DNA from: Adineta vaga
Taxonomy: Eukaryota > Animalia > Rotifera
DNA: 64,000 bases
Reading direction: 5' to 3'
Assembly (NCBI GenBank): GCA_021613535.1
Contig: CP075492.1
Span: 17,360,001-17,424,000 of the forward strand
The position numbers and the translations under genes are program-made. This document shows, one piece after another, positions 25,402 to 37,495 of this stretch (positions are counted from its first letter, which is position 1; the number at the start of each line of letters is the position of its first letter). Under the pieces are notes generated by a model. The model did no database searches and was not told where the DNA came from. It saw nothing but the letters and a program-made list of their open reading frames with translations.

Positions 25402-26275
25402 ATGTTGGTTTCATTTTATGCTTGCTTGGTACTCAATTTAATCGTTGTTTCTCAGCAACAATGTTAGTATTAAACATAAATTTGAATATTTGAAAGGTAG
25501 TCGGAATAAGTATAGGAAAAAGAATACGAAGATTTGAGAAGCATCATTATCATCTTATGAGGAATATTAATAAGGATCACAAGAGAATTTAATTTTCATT
25601 GGATAATTGATTATTATTTCTTAATATGTTTTATTAGCGACAAATTTGATACTTGGCTTGGGTGATTCGTTTACATCTAATGGTGGTTCAAGTGGTTCTT
25701 ACCCACGCGTTGCTGCTAACTTACTTAATTGGCAAGCGCGTAATTATGCCGTAGGTGGATCCAGAACGGGAAATATACCAACACAACTATCGTCAGCTGC
25801 ATCTGTATTAAACAATGTAACTCATGTTGTTTTTACAACGGGTGGTAATGATATAGGTCTTAGCAATTCAATTCAAGAAGTTATAGTAAATAATAATTAT
25901 GCTGTAGTAGAGAACAAAGTGATAGCTCTTAAGCCACAACTTGTATTTACTTATAAATTAATCAAAGGAGCTGTTCGTCCACATACTAAAATCTATGCTT
26001 TACCTTATGTTGATTTGGTCGATGACTACAGTGCAGTTTCTAATGGAGGGCAGGTATCTCGTTTGATGAATTTCTTTGCAGATACAATTAAAGGTGCTGC
26101 ATTCGAAGCTGGCATTGAATTTATTGAACCAATGAGGAATGCATTTGCCGGCCATGGAATGTTCTCTGATGATCCCTATTGTGGAGGTTTAACTGGAAGC
26201 AATTCAGGACACCCAAATACAAAAGGTTATTATAGAATGGGTGAAGTTGTTGCTGATTATTTAAAAAACAATTAA
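25402..26275 (+). CDS. Secreted SGNH/GDSL hydrolase (microbial SEST-like), intron 25463-25637
   Basis: LGDSFT (block I), AVGGS (II), TTGGNDI (III), GHPN (V); the signal-peptide exon splices in frame. Confidence 0.9.
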
Positions 26276-26497
26276 TCATCTACATGATATGAATTATAGA
26301 TAAAAACAAGAAAAGTGACTATATATTCATGTTATTATGATCTTTAATTGATTTTTATTTTCAATAAAATCAATGCTTAAAATATCGATGTGAATATTTA
26401 TGTTATTTAAGACGTATTGTGCAAATAAATGAATGCATAATTTCTAGTTCGAGATCTATTCAATGATATCAGTTACTTTACATTAGAAAAAGTATTA

Positions 26498-26555
26498 TAG
26501 GGTGTAGGTGTGCGTGTGGGCGTTCATATCTTCTATCACCCACCCTATTTCAAGA
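26498..26555. repeat. Hairpin element
   Basis: TAGGGTGTAGGTGTGCGTGTGGG...TCACCCACCCTATTTCAAGA. Confidence 0.8.
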
Positions 26556-26649
26556 CTCATTATTTATTATATTATAACATCAAAATTATATATTCCATTA
26601 ATGATGTCTTATTAAAAGTCTTCAACGTAAGATGAAATATTGTTGTACT

Positions 26650-27633
26650 CTATGTTAATGGTGGATACGCTGTTGTTGTAATTGGTATATTAATATCTTC
26701 GTTTACTGAAGGTTCAACTTGATTAACGCGTCGAATTCGAAATATCTTTTGCATTAATCGAATAAGCTCTTCTCTATAGATACGGCCAGATAGAAGATAT
26801 AAAAAGAAGGATGAGATATAGGAACAATTAAAAAATAATTGACAAACTGTAGCTACAAAGGAAAAGGTTGATGTAGTACTAATTGTATTAGGTAAATCCG
26901 ATATAAGATAAATCACGCTTGATGGTAGAGTGAGTAATACATGCACACTCACTTGAAATATAAGCATTCGAGCTAATTGTTGTTCAGTGCGATTATAATA
27001 TGAAATTACCACTGGAACTATACGCTGTCGATTTGTATTTCGAATAGTCATAAGACCAAAAAACATCATAAAACTAGGTGGAATGATAGCATAGAGAATA
27101 ATTTGTGTAATTATATAAACTTGACTGTAGATAGTGTTAGCTTGTAAAGCACAAATAAATCCTCTAGTTGGTTGTAAATCGAACAGAACCAGAATATGGA
27201 TGAAAAAAAGTGAAGATAGAACGATAACGATAAAGATCATCCATGTACTGATACGAACACAACTAAATTTACGTATTTGAACATTTGTTGAACTGGCACA
27301 ATAACGATCAATCGAAGCAAATACAATCAAATAAGGAGAAATAAATGAACTTATAGAACTAATATAGTAAATAATTCGGCATGAGACAATTGAATAATTC
27401 GCTAGATTAGTTTGATATCCACTCGTTAATAAATTATGAACTGAAACAATAATTGAATAAAATAGATTATTTATTGCAACAGCAAGAAAATATCGAGAAC
27501 ATGAATGATTATATAATGTACGTCGAGTAAGTACAGCAATATTAAGTGAATTACTCACAATACCAACAATGATGATTATAGGTGCGATAGTTCGTATAAG
27601 TTGTATACCAATTTCAATTAGTGAAATCGACAT
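26650..27633 (-). CDS. Orphan rhodopsin-family GPCR, intronless
   Basis: Seven hydrophobic segments; SNSLN, ASIDRY, FFLYLLSGRIYR. Confidence 0.9.
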   Translation of the reverse strand: MSISLIEIGIQLIRTIAPIIIIVGIVSNSLNIAVLTRRTLYNHSCSRYFLAVAINNLFYSIIVSVHNLLTSGYQTNLANYSIVSCRIIYYISSISSFISPYLIVFASIDRYCASSTNVQIRKFSCVRISTWMIFIVIVLSSLFFIHILVLFDLQPTRGFICALQANTIYSQVYIITQIILYAIIPPSFMMFFGLMTIRNTNRQRIVPVVISYYNRTEQQLARMLIFQVSVHVLLTLPSSVIYLISDLPNTISTTSTFSFVATVCQLFFNCSYISSFFLYLLSGRIYREELIRLMQKIFRIRRVNQVEPSVNEDINIPITTTAYPPLT

Positions 27634-28219
27634 TGTGAATTTCTCTTCTCTTTTATTATATGAATATGTTTGATGCTTTTATGGAACTTAAAAAGATGAT
27701 TGCCGGACCTTCGTCATCGTCTTAAAGCTTTAGGTGAAAAAATTTGCTTTAGAATATTACAATTTCTATATTGATATTTATTTCATCACAAATTAATATC
27801 TATATATGACTATAATAGTAGAAGAAAAAACTAAAGAGAACGCTTTAAGTGCAGAATATTCTAGAGTACGTCTATGTATGTTTATTATAGGATTTAACTT
27901 TCTGAACTTATTTTATCTTAAATAATAAATGAGCATTCACAAGTTTTTGAATATTCTTTTCATAAAAACGAAATAAAGGATATTAATGACACGGATTGAA
28001 GATCTTTGAACAATGGCTATAAGGTTTATTCATACAAAATAAACGAATTGAAAAAGTTCAATCAAGTAATAGACATCTTAGTAAACAACATTTTAACACG
28101 TTCATATGAAGGCATAAGTTTTTTTTCTGTAGTTGTTATTTCTATTACACTTGCTATATGTTATTAAATACTAAATGAAAAAGATTCATAAGCGAAATTA
28201 TATAAGAAAATAAAAGCGG

Positions 28220-28460
28220 ACATTACTGATCGTTTGAGACATATCTAGGCAACTTAATTTCGGAATGCAATTTTTGCACAGTTAAAGGCTTTTTCTTTAG
28301 GGATCATTCTCATCTTCGAACTCGACCGAGATATTGATGAGACTGAGTTGTGCAGAAAATTTCACCACGATCTGTTTCTTCTTTTGAAAGTTATCGTGTA
28401 AACGGCCGGACACACTGATCGATTCTAGTAGTGTACTCACTTTTTGATTACACTAAAAAT
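28220..28460 (+). mobile_element. Short non-autonomous interspersed element (Helentron/DINE-like)
   Basis: Internal TTCGAACTCGACCGAGATATT...AAATTTCA block and a 3' stem-loop TAGTGTA...TACACTA followed by an A-run. Confidence 0.4.
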
Positions 28461-28958
28461 GTCTTGTTTTCACTTGAACTAATATTAAGTATGAATTTTT
28501 ATGTTTTTAATTTATCTTGAAATTCATGTATAATATAGGTTTGTATCATTTTCACCTACAGGAACAATTATCCTTTTCCTCTACATTTTATCTTTTGTCC
28601 TTGATAGAATAGTTTTCGATGACATAAATAAATGAATAACGCCCGTCGAGGTTGACTTGCTCAGCCATCGACTGAATGAGTAGCATTGAATAATGTTTTC
28701 TGTTGATGAAATCATTTATAATAGTTTGAACTTTATTTTTATATACTCCTTAGTAAGCTTCTTTCAAATGACATTGACCCGAACTCTGCAGATAGCTGTA
28801 AGCAAATTTATTGTTAAAATATTCGTTCGCCTTTCTTTTCTAAGCAGGCATTAGATTTTTTTGCACTACTTCCTTTCTACTAACACACAAATCAATAGCT
28901 TGAAAAACGAAGATAAATACAATGTTTTAAATAGTAATAGAGCATAATGTTCTTCAAA

Positions 28959-30448
28959 TCAACCCTTATTTTCCGCCATTTCAATAGCAATTTTTGTGTA
29001 CTCGTCCAAATTCTCTTTAGGCAGGCCTAGAATATCATTGTGGAGACCCTTGGTTGCTTCATAATTGCCACACTTGTCCGGATAAAACGATCTCGCGTAT
29101 AGCAGTTTGGCAAAGCCGAGCCTATTGCCTTTCTGAAATTCTTCCACCCCGGATTTGTAGCGCTCTTTGGCTGGCTCACAGGTTACTTTCCAATCTTTTA
29201 AACTAGTACCGGTCACGCGTAAGACAGAATCTAACATATCTTTCTGACTGATGTTGAAGGACGAAACGTAGACATAGTTGTTTCTGAAATCGTTCAGACA
29301 TGCGCTCTTGTCATTCGCATTGTCCTTATACACCTTCAAGCTAAGTAATTTGGCGACTGCACGACCAGTTTGAGGCCAGGTAGTGGTATTAATGCAAGTG
29401 TTGCCGTCATCATAGAGAGTGACCGTGCGAGTTTTGAAGTCAAACCCGTACAGTGAATCACCACCACTCAGACTGTATTCGTACCAATAGTTGCAGATAA
29501 GTCCGATCCAGGAACTCTTACCCAACTTTTCTATGTGATCACGGTATTTTGCTTTTCGCTCACCAAGAAAGTTGTCCTTTTGCATTTCCAATTCAGTAGG
29601 ATCACCTCCGAACTCGTTTGGTAAGATCCATGGCACACCTGCGGCTGCTGCAGCGTCGATGAGTTTAGTCTGCTGATCTGGAGATGCTGTTACTGCCATT
29701 GTGATAATCAAAGCATCTTGGCCTTTAAGAGCGTCGATGAGCGACGATGGATCATTGTAATCGACTTTCACGACTTTCACACCGGACGGTATTTTGTTTG
29801 TGCTATCTTCGCGAGTAAGCGCGGTGATTTGATGCTTTCCAATCTTAAGCAGTTCATCCACAATGAATTTACCGACTTGACCACCTGCCTGTTAGTAAAG
29901 CAAAAAGCTACACATTTCCGACTTTCAGATTCTTAAAGTAGGCAAAATTTACCAAGCATTCCACTGAAACAATACTCCATGGGACTATATTTTCAGACTA
30001 TGAATAACCCACTAAATTTTGAATAATCAGGTCGAGATTTCCGTCTATGGGATTTCTTAACTCCAAAAACGACTTCAACTGAATTCTGACATCATCAGAA
30101 TATTAAAAGCAACCTTGAAAATCTGCATGGTTTCAAAATGGGAAGTAACTGAAGTTTAGCTCTTTGGGTGTGAGAAGAGCATACTAAAAAAGAATCTTTT
30201 TTTAACAAGAAAAGTGACAAAATATTGATAGACTAAGTTTCCTGATTATTCAAAATTCGTTGAATCGTGTAAAACTGCAAATGTAAAGGTTTTTATTGTT
30301 TTGAACTTATTTGATAAACGGCTTTGTCCAGTCCTTTTCTGCAATCACTAATTGTCCTAAGTGAATTTCAACTTACCCCAACAATTGCGACTTTTTCGAT
30401 ATGATTTTTTAAACCTTGAGGCTGTTCGCTAGCGTACTTCTGTGCCAT
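28959..30448 (-). CDS. NmrA/isoflavone-reductase-like oxidoreductase (fungal CipA-like), intron 29889-30376
   Basis: Exon 1 MAQKYASEQPQGLKNHIEKVAIVG joins AGGQVGKFIV (Rossmann GxxGxxG); AAAAGVPWILPNEFG; visibly higher GC than the flanks. Confidence 0.9.
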
Positions 30449-31059
30449 TTTTTTCGTTCAAATCTGAAAGATAGTAATATGTCTATCTGTGTCGAAAATA
30501 GGCGAAATAAAATTATCTAGAGGTAAAAAAGTGGGTGTCAGTCAAGTCAACCAGTAGAAGATATCTCGGACCAGAGACCTAGTTGCTCACATCTAGATTT
30601 ATCTGAAATAAAACCATTGAAGAAGTACATCGTCTGCCGAGATTAAGATACATTAAACTCTCCGATCCTTAACTACGATCTACACACTGTCTCAATTTGA
30701 AAGTATTAGTGGTTAATTTGTGATAATAATGAGAACAGTAGCAAAGAAAGTAAGCTTTTTATACATAAAAATGCAGAGTCACTGTGTGATGAGCAGAAAA
30801 AGTAATTGCGAGGTTAATATGTGATGACGAAAGCACCTTTTTTACTTCTCGACGCTTCTATATAGTGTGTACACCCTTTAATGTCTTCATACAAAAAAAT
30901 TAATGAAAGAAACAAAAAAATTGATTTGAGCGTTCTCTTTATCAATGAAAACGCGAGCAAAAGAGATGTCGTATATATCTTATGGAACAAGTCTATTAAG
31001 ACAAAAAAAAACTAGACAACATAAGGTATTTATGAGAAATTCACAGAATTTTTGTAACA

Positions 31060-31445
31060 GAAATATTTCTACAATAAGTACATTGATATATGCTTCTTAA
31101 AATGTCTCTCGATTCATTAATATTATTTGGATGCTTGGTTAAATGCATGTACAGCTGTTGAACGTGCAGTTAATGTTTACAAAGGAGTGAGTTTTGATAA
31201 AGTAAAAAGTAAACGTATTGATTGACGAATCGGGAGAGAGAGAGATATTTGGTGTACAACTTCTTATTCTAAAACAGTTCAATATTACAATACAACTATT
31301 TTATTCATTCATGTTCTTGGTTCATTTATTGCAAATCTTCTGTTTGCTTTATTTATTATTATTGGAAGTGCACAACGACGAGCAGAAGCTAAAAAAAGAC
31401 AAACTTATGAAGAACATAGACAACTTGTGATTAGTCCTATGATTT
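31060..31445 (+). pseudogene. Decayed 7TM/GPCR fragment
   Basis: LDAWLNACTAVERAVNVYKGVSFDKVKSKRI (TM3/ICL2) inside disrupted frames. Confidence 0.6.
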
Positions 31446-31493
31446 TATTTTTTCTATCAACACCATCAATACTTAAGTATGTTTTTATGGTTT

Positions 31494-32486
31494 TTATCTC
31501 ATTAATATTTCTGGACGAATAGTTTGTCTCCTTCGACGATAATAGGAAAATAATCTTTCGCATTTGAATTTTCGCTTTGGTATTGATTTTAAAGTTAGAA
31601 AAGGTAATAAACATATAACATAGTACGAGAAAAATTGCGCATGTAATTGAAAATCTGCACCAAACTCTTCGGACAAACAACATTGTTGCAAAAATTCGAC
31701 CAACATCGGTGGAATATAAAGAGCAAGATAAAGAATTGATATCGACAATAGTTGAATCGTCATTTTTCGATGTTTTCGCCATTGAATCTGTTGACGCATA
31801 CGATGTTTTCTTACTAAAATTTTTACGAGAAGAACAATACTAAACCAAATAATAGTTAAAGTTGGTAAAATATTATGATTTACAGTATCCCATAAACCTA
31901 TTATTTTCATTTCATAATAACAAATAGGACGTCCACATAATGGTAAATTATATTGAAAAAGATTTTCACATGGTGGAAATAGAATAGTCATTGTATAGAA
32001 TAAAAGACAATAAATACCTATGGCAACTAAAGGAAAATAATGAATAAGAAAACGTTTCTTTCTCGTTCTTATCCAATTGTCATGAAAAATGAAAATATAT
32101 TGTTCAATTGAAGCCCATGAAACATAGAGTAATGCAAGTGTAAAGAATGCTCCATCAATAAACATCCAAATTAAACAAGTCTCTGATATTGATGGCCAAA
32201 CAAAACCTAAGTAATAATAACTAAGATGGAAAGGAATACTTGTCAATTCATAGAACAAAGTATTCAGTAAAAGAACAATGATAACATGATTATTGAGATT
32301 TCGACGTAGTTCTGAATCGAAAAGTAAATGATAAAGAACAACTAAACAACAAATAAATGATAGAAAAAACGTGACGAAAAATATCCAAAATTGAGCAAAT
32401 AAACTGAATGAAAGATTGACAAGTGTGTATGGATGATGATCAATCATTGTTAAAATGTCTTCTACTAAATTGTGTCTGCTCTGCAA
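31494..32486 (-). CDS. Orphan rhodopsin-family GPCR
   Basis: 7TM; LNNHVII, WASIEQYIFIFH, WRKHRKMTIQLLSIS; true start uncertain. Confidence 0.88.
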   Translation of the reverse strand: MQSRHNLVEDILTMIDHHPYTLVNLSFSLFAQFWIFFVTFFLSFICCLVVLYHLLFDSELRRNLNNHVIIVLLLNTLFYELTSIPFHLSYYYLGFVWPSISETCLIWMFIDGAFFTLALLYVSWASIEQYIFIFHDNWIRTRKKRFLIHYFPLVAIGIYCLLFYTMTILFPPCENLFQYNLPLCGRPICYYEMKIIGLWDTVNHNILPTLTIIWFSIVLLVKILVRKHRMRQQIQWRKHRKMTIQLLSISILYLALYIPPMLVEFLQQCCLSEEFGADFQLHAQFFSYYVICLLPFLTLKSIPKRKFKCERLFSYYRRRRQTIRPEILMR

Positions 32487-32696
32487 AATAAAGAAAGTTC
32501 ATATTTATAGTTATAAATATTCTTCATATAAGTGCTTTCACTAATTACAAAAGAAAAATCACATGATTTAATCCTATGATAATGTAAGCTGCTAAATATA
32601 AAAGATAATTAACAGTTGACTTTTTCTTAGACAGAAATGTCATATATTTATACTTGAAGAGAAGAACATAGACATGAAACAATTTGATTATGATAA

Positions 32697-32756
32697 TCTT
32701 GCATGTGGCATATTTAATATTCATAAAATGGTCCATACCCACACCACTCACCCTCA
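32697..32756. repeat. Hairpin element (left arm decayed)
   Basis: ...CCATACCCACACCACTCACCCTCA. Confidence 0.6.
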
Positions 32757-33039
32757 GTTGATGGTTAAATTTGTATTCGCTTTTTAAGTTTTACTTATAA
32801 TTCATTTTATTTACTTACATTTTATATGTTGTCTGTTGTTTTTTCAAAAAGCTTTACTTGATTTTCCGCATTTTTCTTTTTCTTTGTGAATATTTTCATT
32901 TTCATGTACTGTAAAGTGAAACAATGATGTGAAGACATACATAAACATTGGAAACTGCCAAAAAAACTGATGAAGTATAAAATGCACTATTTTTTTAATT
33001 TCATTTTTGATAGAAATTACAGACATTGTATGGTACAAA

Positions 33040-33267
33040 ATGAAAGTTACTGTAAGAACATTGGATGATCATCGAATTACAGTCGAGGTAGAACCATCAG
33101 ATACAGTAAAACAATTGAGAATTAAGATTGAAAATGGACTAAATCTCGAACCTGGCAGACAGCGCCTTTTATTTGATGATTATAAGCTCGAAGATGATAA
33201 ATTGCTTAGCGACTACAACATGATGGACAATAGTTTAGTGCGTGCTACTGCTCGCATCAGACGTTGA
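33040..33267 (+). CDS. Stand-alone ubiquitin-like protein lacking the C-terminal GG
   Basis: MKVTVRTLDDHRITVEVEPSDTV..QRLLF..KLEDDKLLSDYN; ends ARIRR. Confidence 0.85.
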   Translation: MKVTVRTLDDHRITVEVEPSDTVKQLRIKIENGLNLEPGRQRLLFDDYKLEDDKLLSDYNMMDNSLVRATARIRR

Positions 33268-33432
33268 ATATTGTTAGAATCTGGGTAAACTATATATGTT
33301 GTCAAGAATTTTTTATATTTCATAATAAATAAATATTGATCGAAGTTTATTTCATATTTAAACAATTGATTTTTCATAAAAACTTTTCTCAAAAGTATTT
33401 CAATATTTGTTTGAAAACGAATTTTAGAAGAA

Positions 33433-33534
33433 CTTATGGGTGTGGGTGGGCGTGAAAGAAGTAGTAGTGTCAAACGTGAAACTTGAATTCAAATGAGATT
33501 ATCCAACCCTTCCGCACTCTCACCCACACCCTCA
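33433..33534. repeat. Hairpin element, long spacer
   Basis: CTTATGGGTGTGGGTGGG...CACTCTCACCCACACCCTCA. Confidence 0.85.
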
Positions 33535-35817
33535 CTTGGATCCTACCCTTTCCGCATCTGATCCGAAATAGTCAATTGAAAATAAATTTCAAGCTTGGCA
33601 TGTATGTCAAATTTGAGATTAACAAATATTCGTCGCTTTTAGTTTTTGCTTTAGTTCTTTTTTGTAACTTTCTAATATGTCTGTTGTTCAGATGTATTTT
33701 GTGTATTTTTTTGTGTTAAATCTTGGATTCGAAGATATCTGTACAAATTATTCGAGATATCGAGTATTACTTAGCATAAGATCTTTGCCATCTGTACCAA
33801 AGGTCTGACCACAGCTCTTAATAAGTATAAGATAATCCAAATATCTGCACCTAAATTTTCAAGATCTGTTCACTTATCTGTACCCTGTATCTTGGTCAGG
33901 ATCTTGTTCACAAGATGTTCGACTAGGACATGTTTCAAGAGTACCACGAATTCATTAGTCAATGATTTGTTATATATTTTTTATTTCATATATTCTATTT
34001 ATATTCGGATTGATGATTCAGTTTTGATTTTCTATGTTATCTTTGTTTTCTACTAAGTATATATAAAATTAATCATGAAATAAACATTGTGAAACTATAT
34101 TTCTATCGATCTGTATTTACTTAAAGAAAAATTTTCATCATTGGTTTTAAAGGAAAGACTATGAAACGTTTTCGTATTTATATTCGTAATCAATAAAAGT
34201 TAAATTACATCTAGTTACTTGTAGCTAATAATATACAGTGAGATAATTGAGATATGACGTTGTTTCTTAGAATAACTTCATTAATTAACAAAACATATTT
34301 CCAGATTCTATGATCCCTGATGTGGATTAAATAATCAGGAATAGCGTGTTTAATGTCACATGCTATTGTTAATTGTAGCTGATAGAGCAGAAAACGATTA
34401 GTTTTGAAAATAATTGACGTTTGTTAGTGTGTACAAAACTATATCACATTTACCATTAGAAGTGAACCATTTAATTTACACTTAATTAATTCATTAACGA
34501 ATAAATAAAAATAAAATCGTATTATGAGTGCAATTTGTTTTCTTTTAAATAGGTTGACGTCTTTGCAATAGCTATTATGTCATTCTATGAGAATGATAAC
34601 GTTAATGATGATATAAAATCATATTTACGTTGATTCTATCTCATGATACAAGAGAATCGTAAATTCTAAGTTTGACATTGAATGTTATTTACTGGTGACA
34701 ATCATTAGTGATGCTAAATATTCTTTATTAAATAGGTCGTTCGTAAGATTTTATTCGATAAATATAATCACTGTATTTTGCGACAGATATTCTAACAGAA
34801 AAGGTTTGCACTTCTAGTTGTGTTTTGACAAAAGTATAAAAAATAACGGATAGGTATATAATTCTTAGAAGATTTTAGTTTGTGTATGTGACATTATCGT
34901 AGCATTACGTTTTTTGCTTTTTAAATTTGGATTACAAGTCTAAGTTTGAAAATTGTAGGAAGTTAACCGACGTCTTAGATTCACAAAAAACTTAGTTTAT
35001 ATTTGTAAAGAAAAAGTAAGCGTGCTGCTTTGTCGCTAGATTATATAAAATACACTTGCTGATGTTCTGGATATAACTCATAGTTTGTGAGTCTTTATAC
35101 GAATGTGTTTATGCCAATTGAAATAGTTTGCAAAACTTTCGAGTCATTTGTTTTTCTATTTAACGCGTTGCTTCGCTTAATTGGATAAGGTGATTTCTCG
35201 CGATATTTTATAATATTGTTATTTGTAAAGTTTCAATATATTTAATATTTTAGTTTTTCAACTGTGCTATACAAGAGCACGCCAAAAAAACTATCTTGAT
35301 AATAATAACTATATGATTAAAACTCACAAAAATAGATAATGAAGACACATTTTTAAGGAAAATCACTAACCGTTAATTTTAAATTAACGGAAATACGTCA
35401 CTTTTAATTTACCATATGAATTTAGTTGCTTTACTGTAAACGTGTTTTTTTTTCTTTTTTTCTTATTAGACTTATCTTATTTCTCAAACTATCATATATA
35501 TATAATGAGATAGTCGACAGCACGATGTCTCTCGAATTTAGAGATTATAGTTTTTATTAAATAGAAGAGAATCTCCATCAAAATATTCTCGACAAGACTT
35601 TCGAGTATCGTCAGTTCACAGTCGAACTAAAATAGAACTGTATATAGCTTTGTGTATGATACCGTTCTTGAGAACAACATCATAGGACTACATACGAACT
35701 GTCTCGTTCGAGCCATTTACTTCTATTTTACATTGTATTTTAGATTGTGAACGTTTGTAAAACTCAAAAAAGCTCGTTTTATCTCGATTATCAAAAGATT
35801 TATTCCGGATCTGAAGA

Positions 35818-36777
35818 ATGTCACTCGTCGAAAATAACACAATTGTCACTCCTGATTTTAAAACTCTTCCTGAGAAAATATCTCTTTATTTTTACTCTAC
35901 TCTCTTAGCCTTTTCTACTCTTTGTTACTTCTTCGTCTTCTATCATTTTGTAACCATTCGTTCAATTCGTCGAACATTGAACAATCATGTAATGATTCTC
36001 ATGCTTATAACTTTCTTTATACAAGCTACAATTGATACCCCAATTCATCTTGACCGTTACCGTAGAGGTTTTTACTGGCCACCAAGTCTGACGTATTGCT
36101 TAGTTATGTATATGCTTGATTATATTGTCTATTTGATTGGTGCTCTTCTCATGGTATGGGCATCTTTTGAACGACATTTTATCATCTTTAATCAAAATAT
36201 TTTCAATACAAGTGTTCGGCGACTTCTCATGCATTACATGCCGATGGCTTTCTGTATACTTTATCCGACAATCTATTATACGTACTTTATTATATTTTAT
36301 CCTTGCGAGAGCTATTTTGACATGGAAAATTTGAATTGTGTGGCTGCTTGTTTCGTTTGGACAAGTAATATAATGGCTTTTTACGAGCTTCTTGTCAATG
36401 GTTTCTTGCCCGTATGTCTAGTCGCTATTTTGAGTACTGCTCTTTTGGTACGAGTCATTTCGAAGAAACAGCAAATGGGTCGACAAATGACCTGGCGGAA
36501 AAGCCGTAAAATGGCAATACAACTATTAGGCATATCCACGTCATTTCTCATTTTTAACGTTGGATACTTTGTACTTGCTATTGGTCAAATGGTATACGAT
36601 TCAAGTTTTGGCGCCAGTCTTATGTTCTGGTTTGCACCAATAAATCTGTGCACGTTACAAATGGTGTTTCCTTTTTTTTGCCTTGGAACTATACCTCATT
36701 TAAAACAAAAGCTTCAACTTTTGAATCCATGGCGTCGCCGTGCTGTTGTCCACCCGACTGAATATGGAAGAACATGA
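35818..36777 (+). CDS. Orphan rhodopsin-family GPCR (same subfamily as 31494-32486)
   Basis: 7TM; LNNHVMI, WASFERHFIIF, WRKSRKMAIQLLGIS. Confidence 0.9.
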   Translation: MSLVENNTIVTPDFKTLPEKISLYFYSTLLAFSTLCYFFVFYHFVTIRSIRRTLNNHVMILMLITFFIQATIDTPIHLDRYRRGFYWPPSLTYCLVMYMLDYIVYLIGALLMVWASFERHFIIFNQNIFNTSVRRLLMHYMPMAFCILYPTIYYTYFIIFYPCESYFDMENLNCVAACFVWTSNIMAFYELLVNGFLPVCLVAILSTALLVRVISKKQQMGRQMTWRKSRKMAIQLLGISTSFLIFNVGYFVLAIGQMVYDSSFGASLMFWFAPINLCTLQMVFPFFCLGTIPHLKQKLQLLNPWRRRAVVHPTEYGRT

Positions 36778-37292
36778 AACTCTCCTCACTCTGTGTTGTA
36801 TTTTTTTGAATAGTTATAAACCTCCCTATCAATATGATTTTTTGTTTAATATATACGTATGCTTTTTCATAAACCAACTGCTGTTTGGATTAAGTATAAG
36901 TCTTTTTAAATTTGTGTAGCCTTTGAAGCTGCACCACACCGTTGATTAGTTACATCGAATGCTTTTCATTTAGAATGCTTTATTTATTTGAAAGTATCGC
37001 TATTCTTCGCGGTGTGATGTATATAGAATACGTGAAAAGAGAATTTCTCCAAGACTTCTTGCCATTTATCGACAACAGGAATTGAAATTGAGAACACTAT
37101 ATAATCATATCCATCTTCGGAAAATAATTCGAATATTTAGTATATCTGAAGTTTCTCATATTGAACACTTATCTAAGATTAGTTTTGGACAAAATAAACA
37201 AGCATATGCTATATTATCACATGAGACAACTTAATCAGTGCAGAGAGAGTACGGATAAGGCACAACATCTAAAACCATAGATAGCCACTTAC

Positions 37293-37354
37293 AGGGTGTG
37301 GGTGTGGGTGTATGTATCGCTTCTTCTTTCACACCCATACTCACACCCTCAAGA
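37293..37354. repeat. Hairpin element (near consensus)
   Basis: AGGGTGTGGGTGTGGGTGT-ATGTATCGCTTCTTCTTTC-ACACCCATACTCACACCCTCAAGA. Confidence 0.95.
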
Positions 37355-37495
37355 TTGTTTTTTTTATTACTTTTTTCTTTAAATCGAAAGGTTTGGCGGC
37401 AATAAAATGAACGAATAAGCAGAAGAAGAAGAAGCTAAAGCAATGATATTGTTATAACTTGTAATTAATTATCCGATTTGTTTTTGAGATATAGT

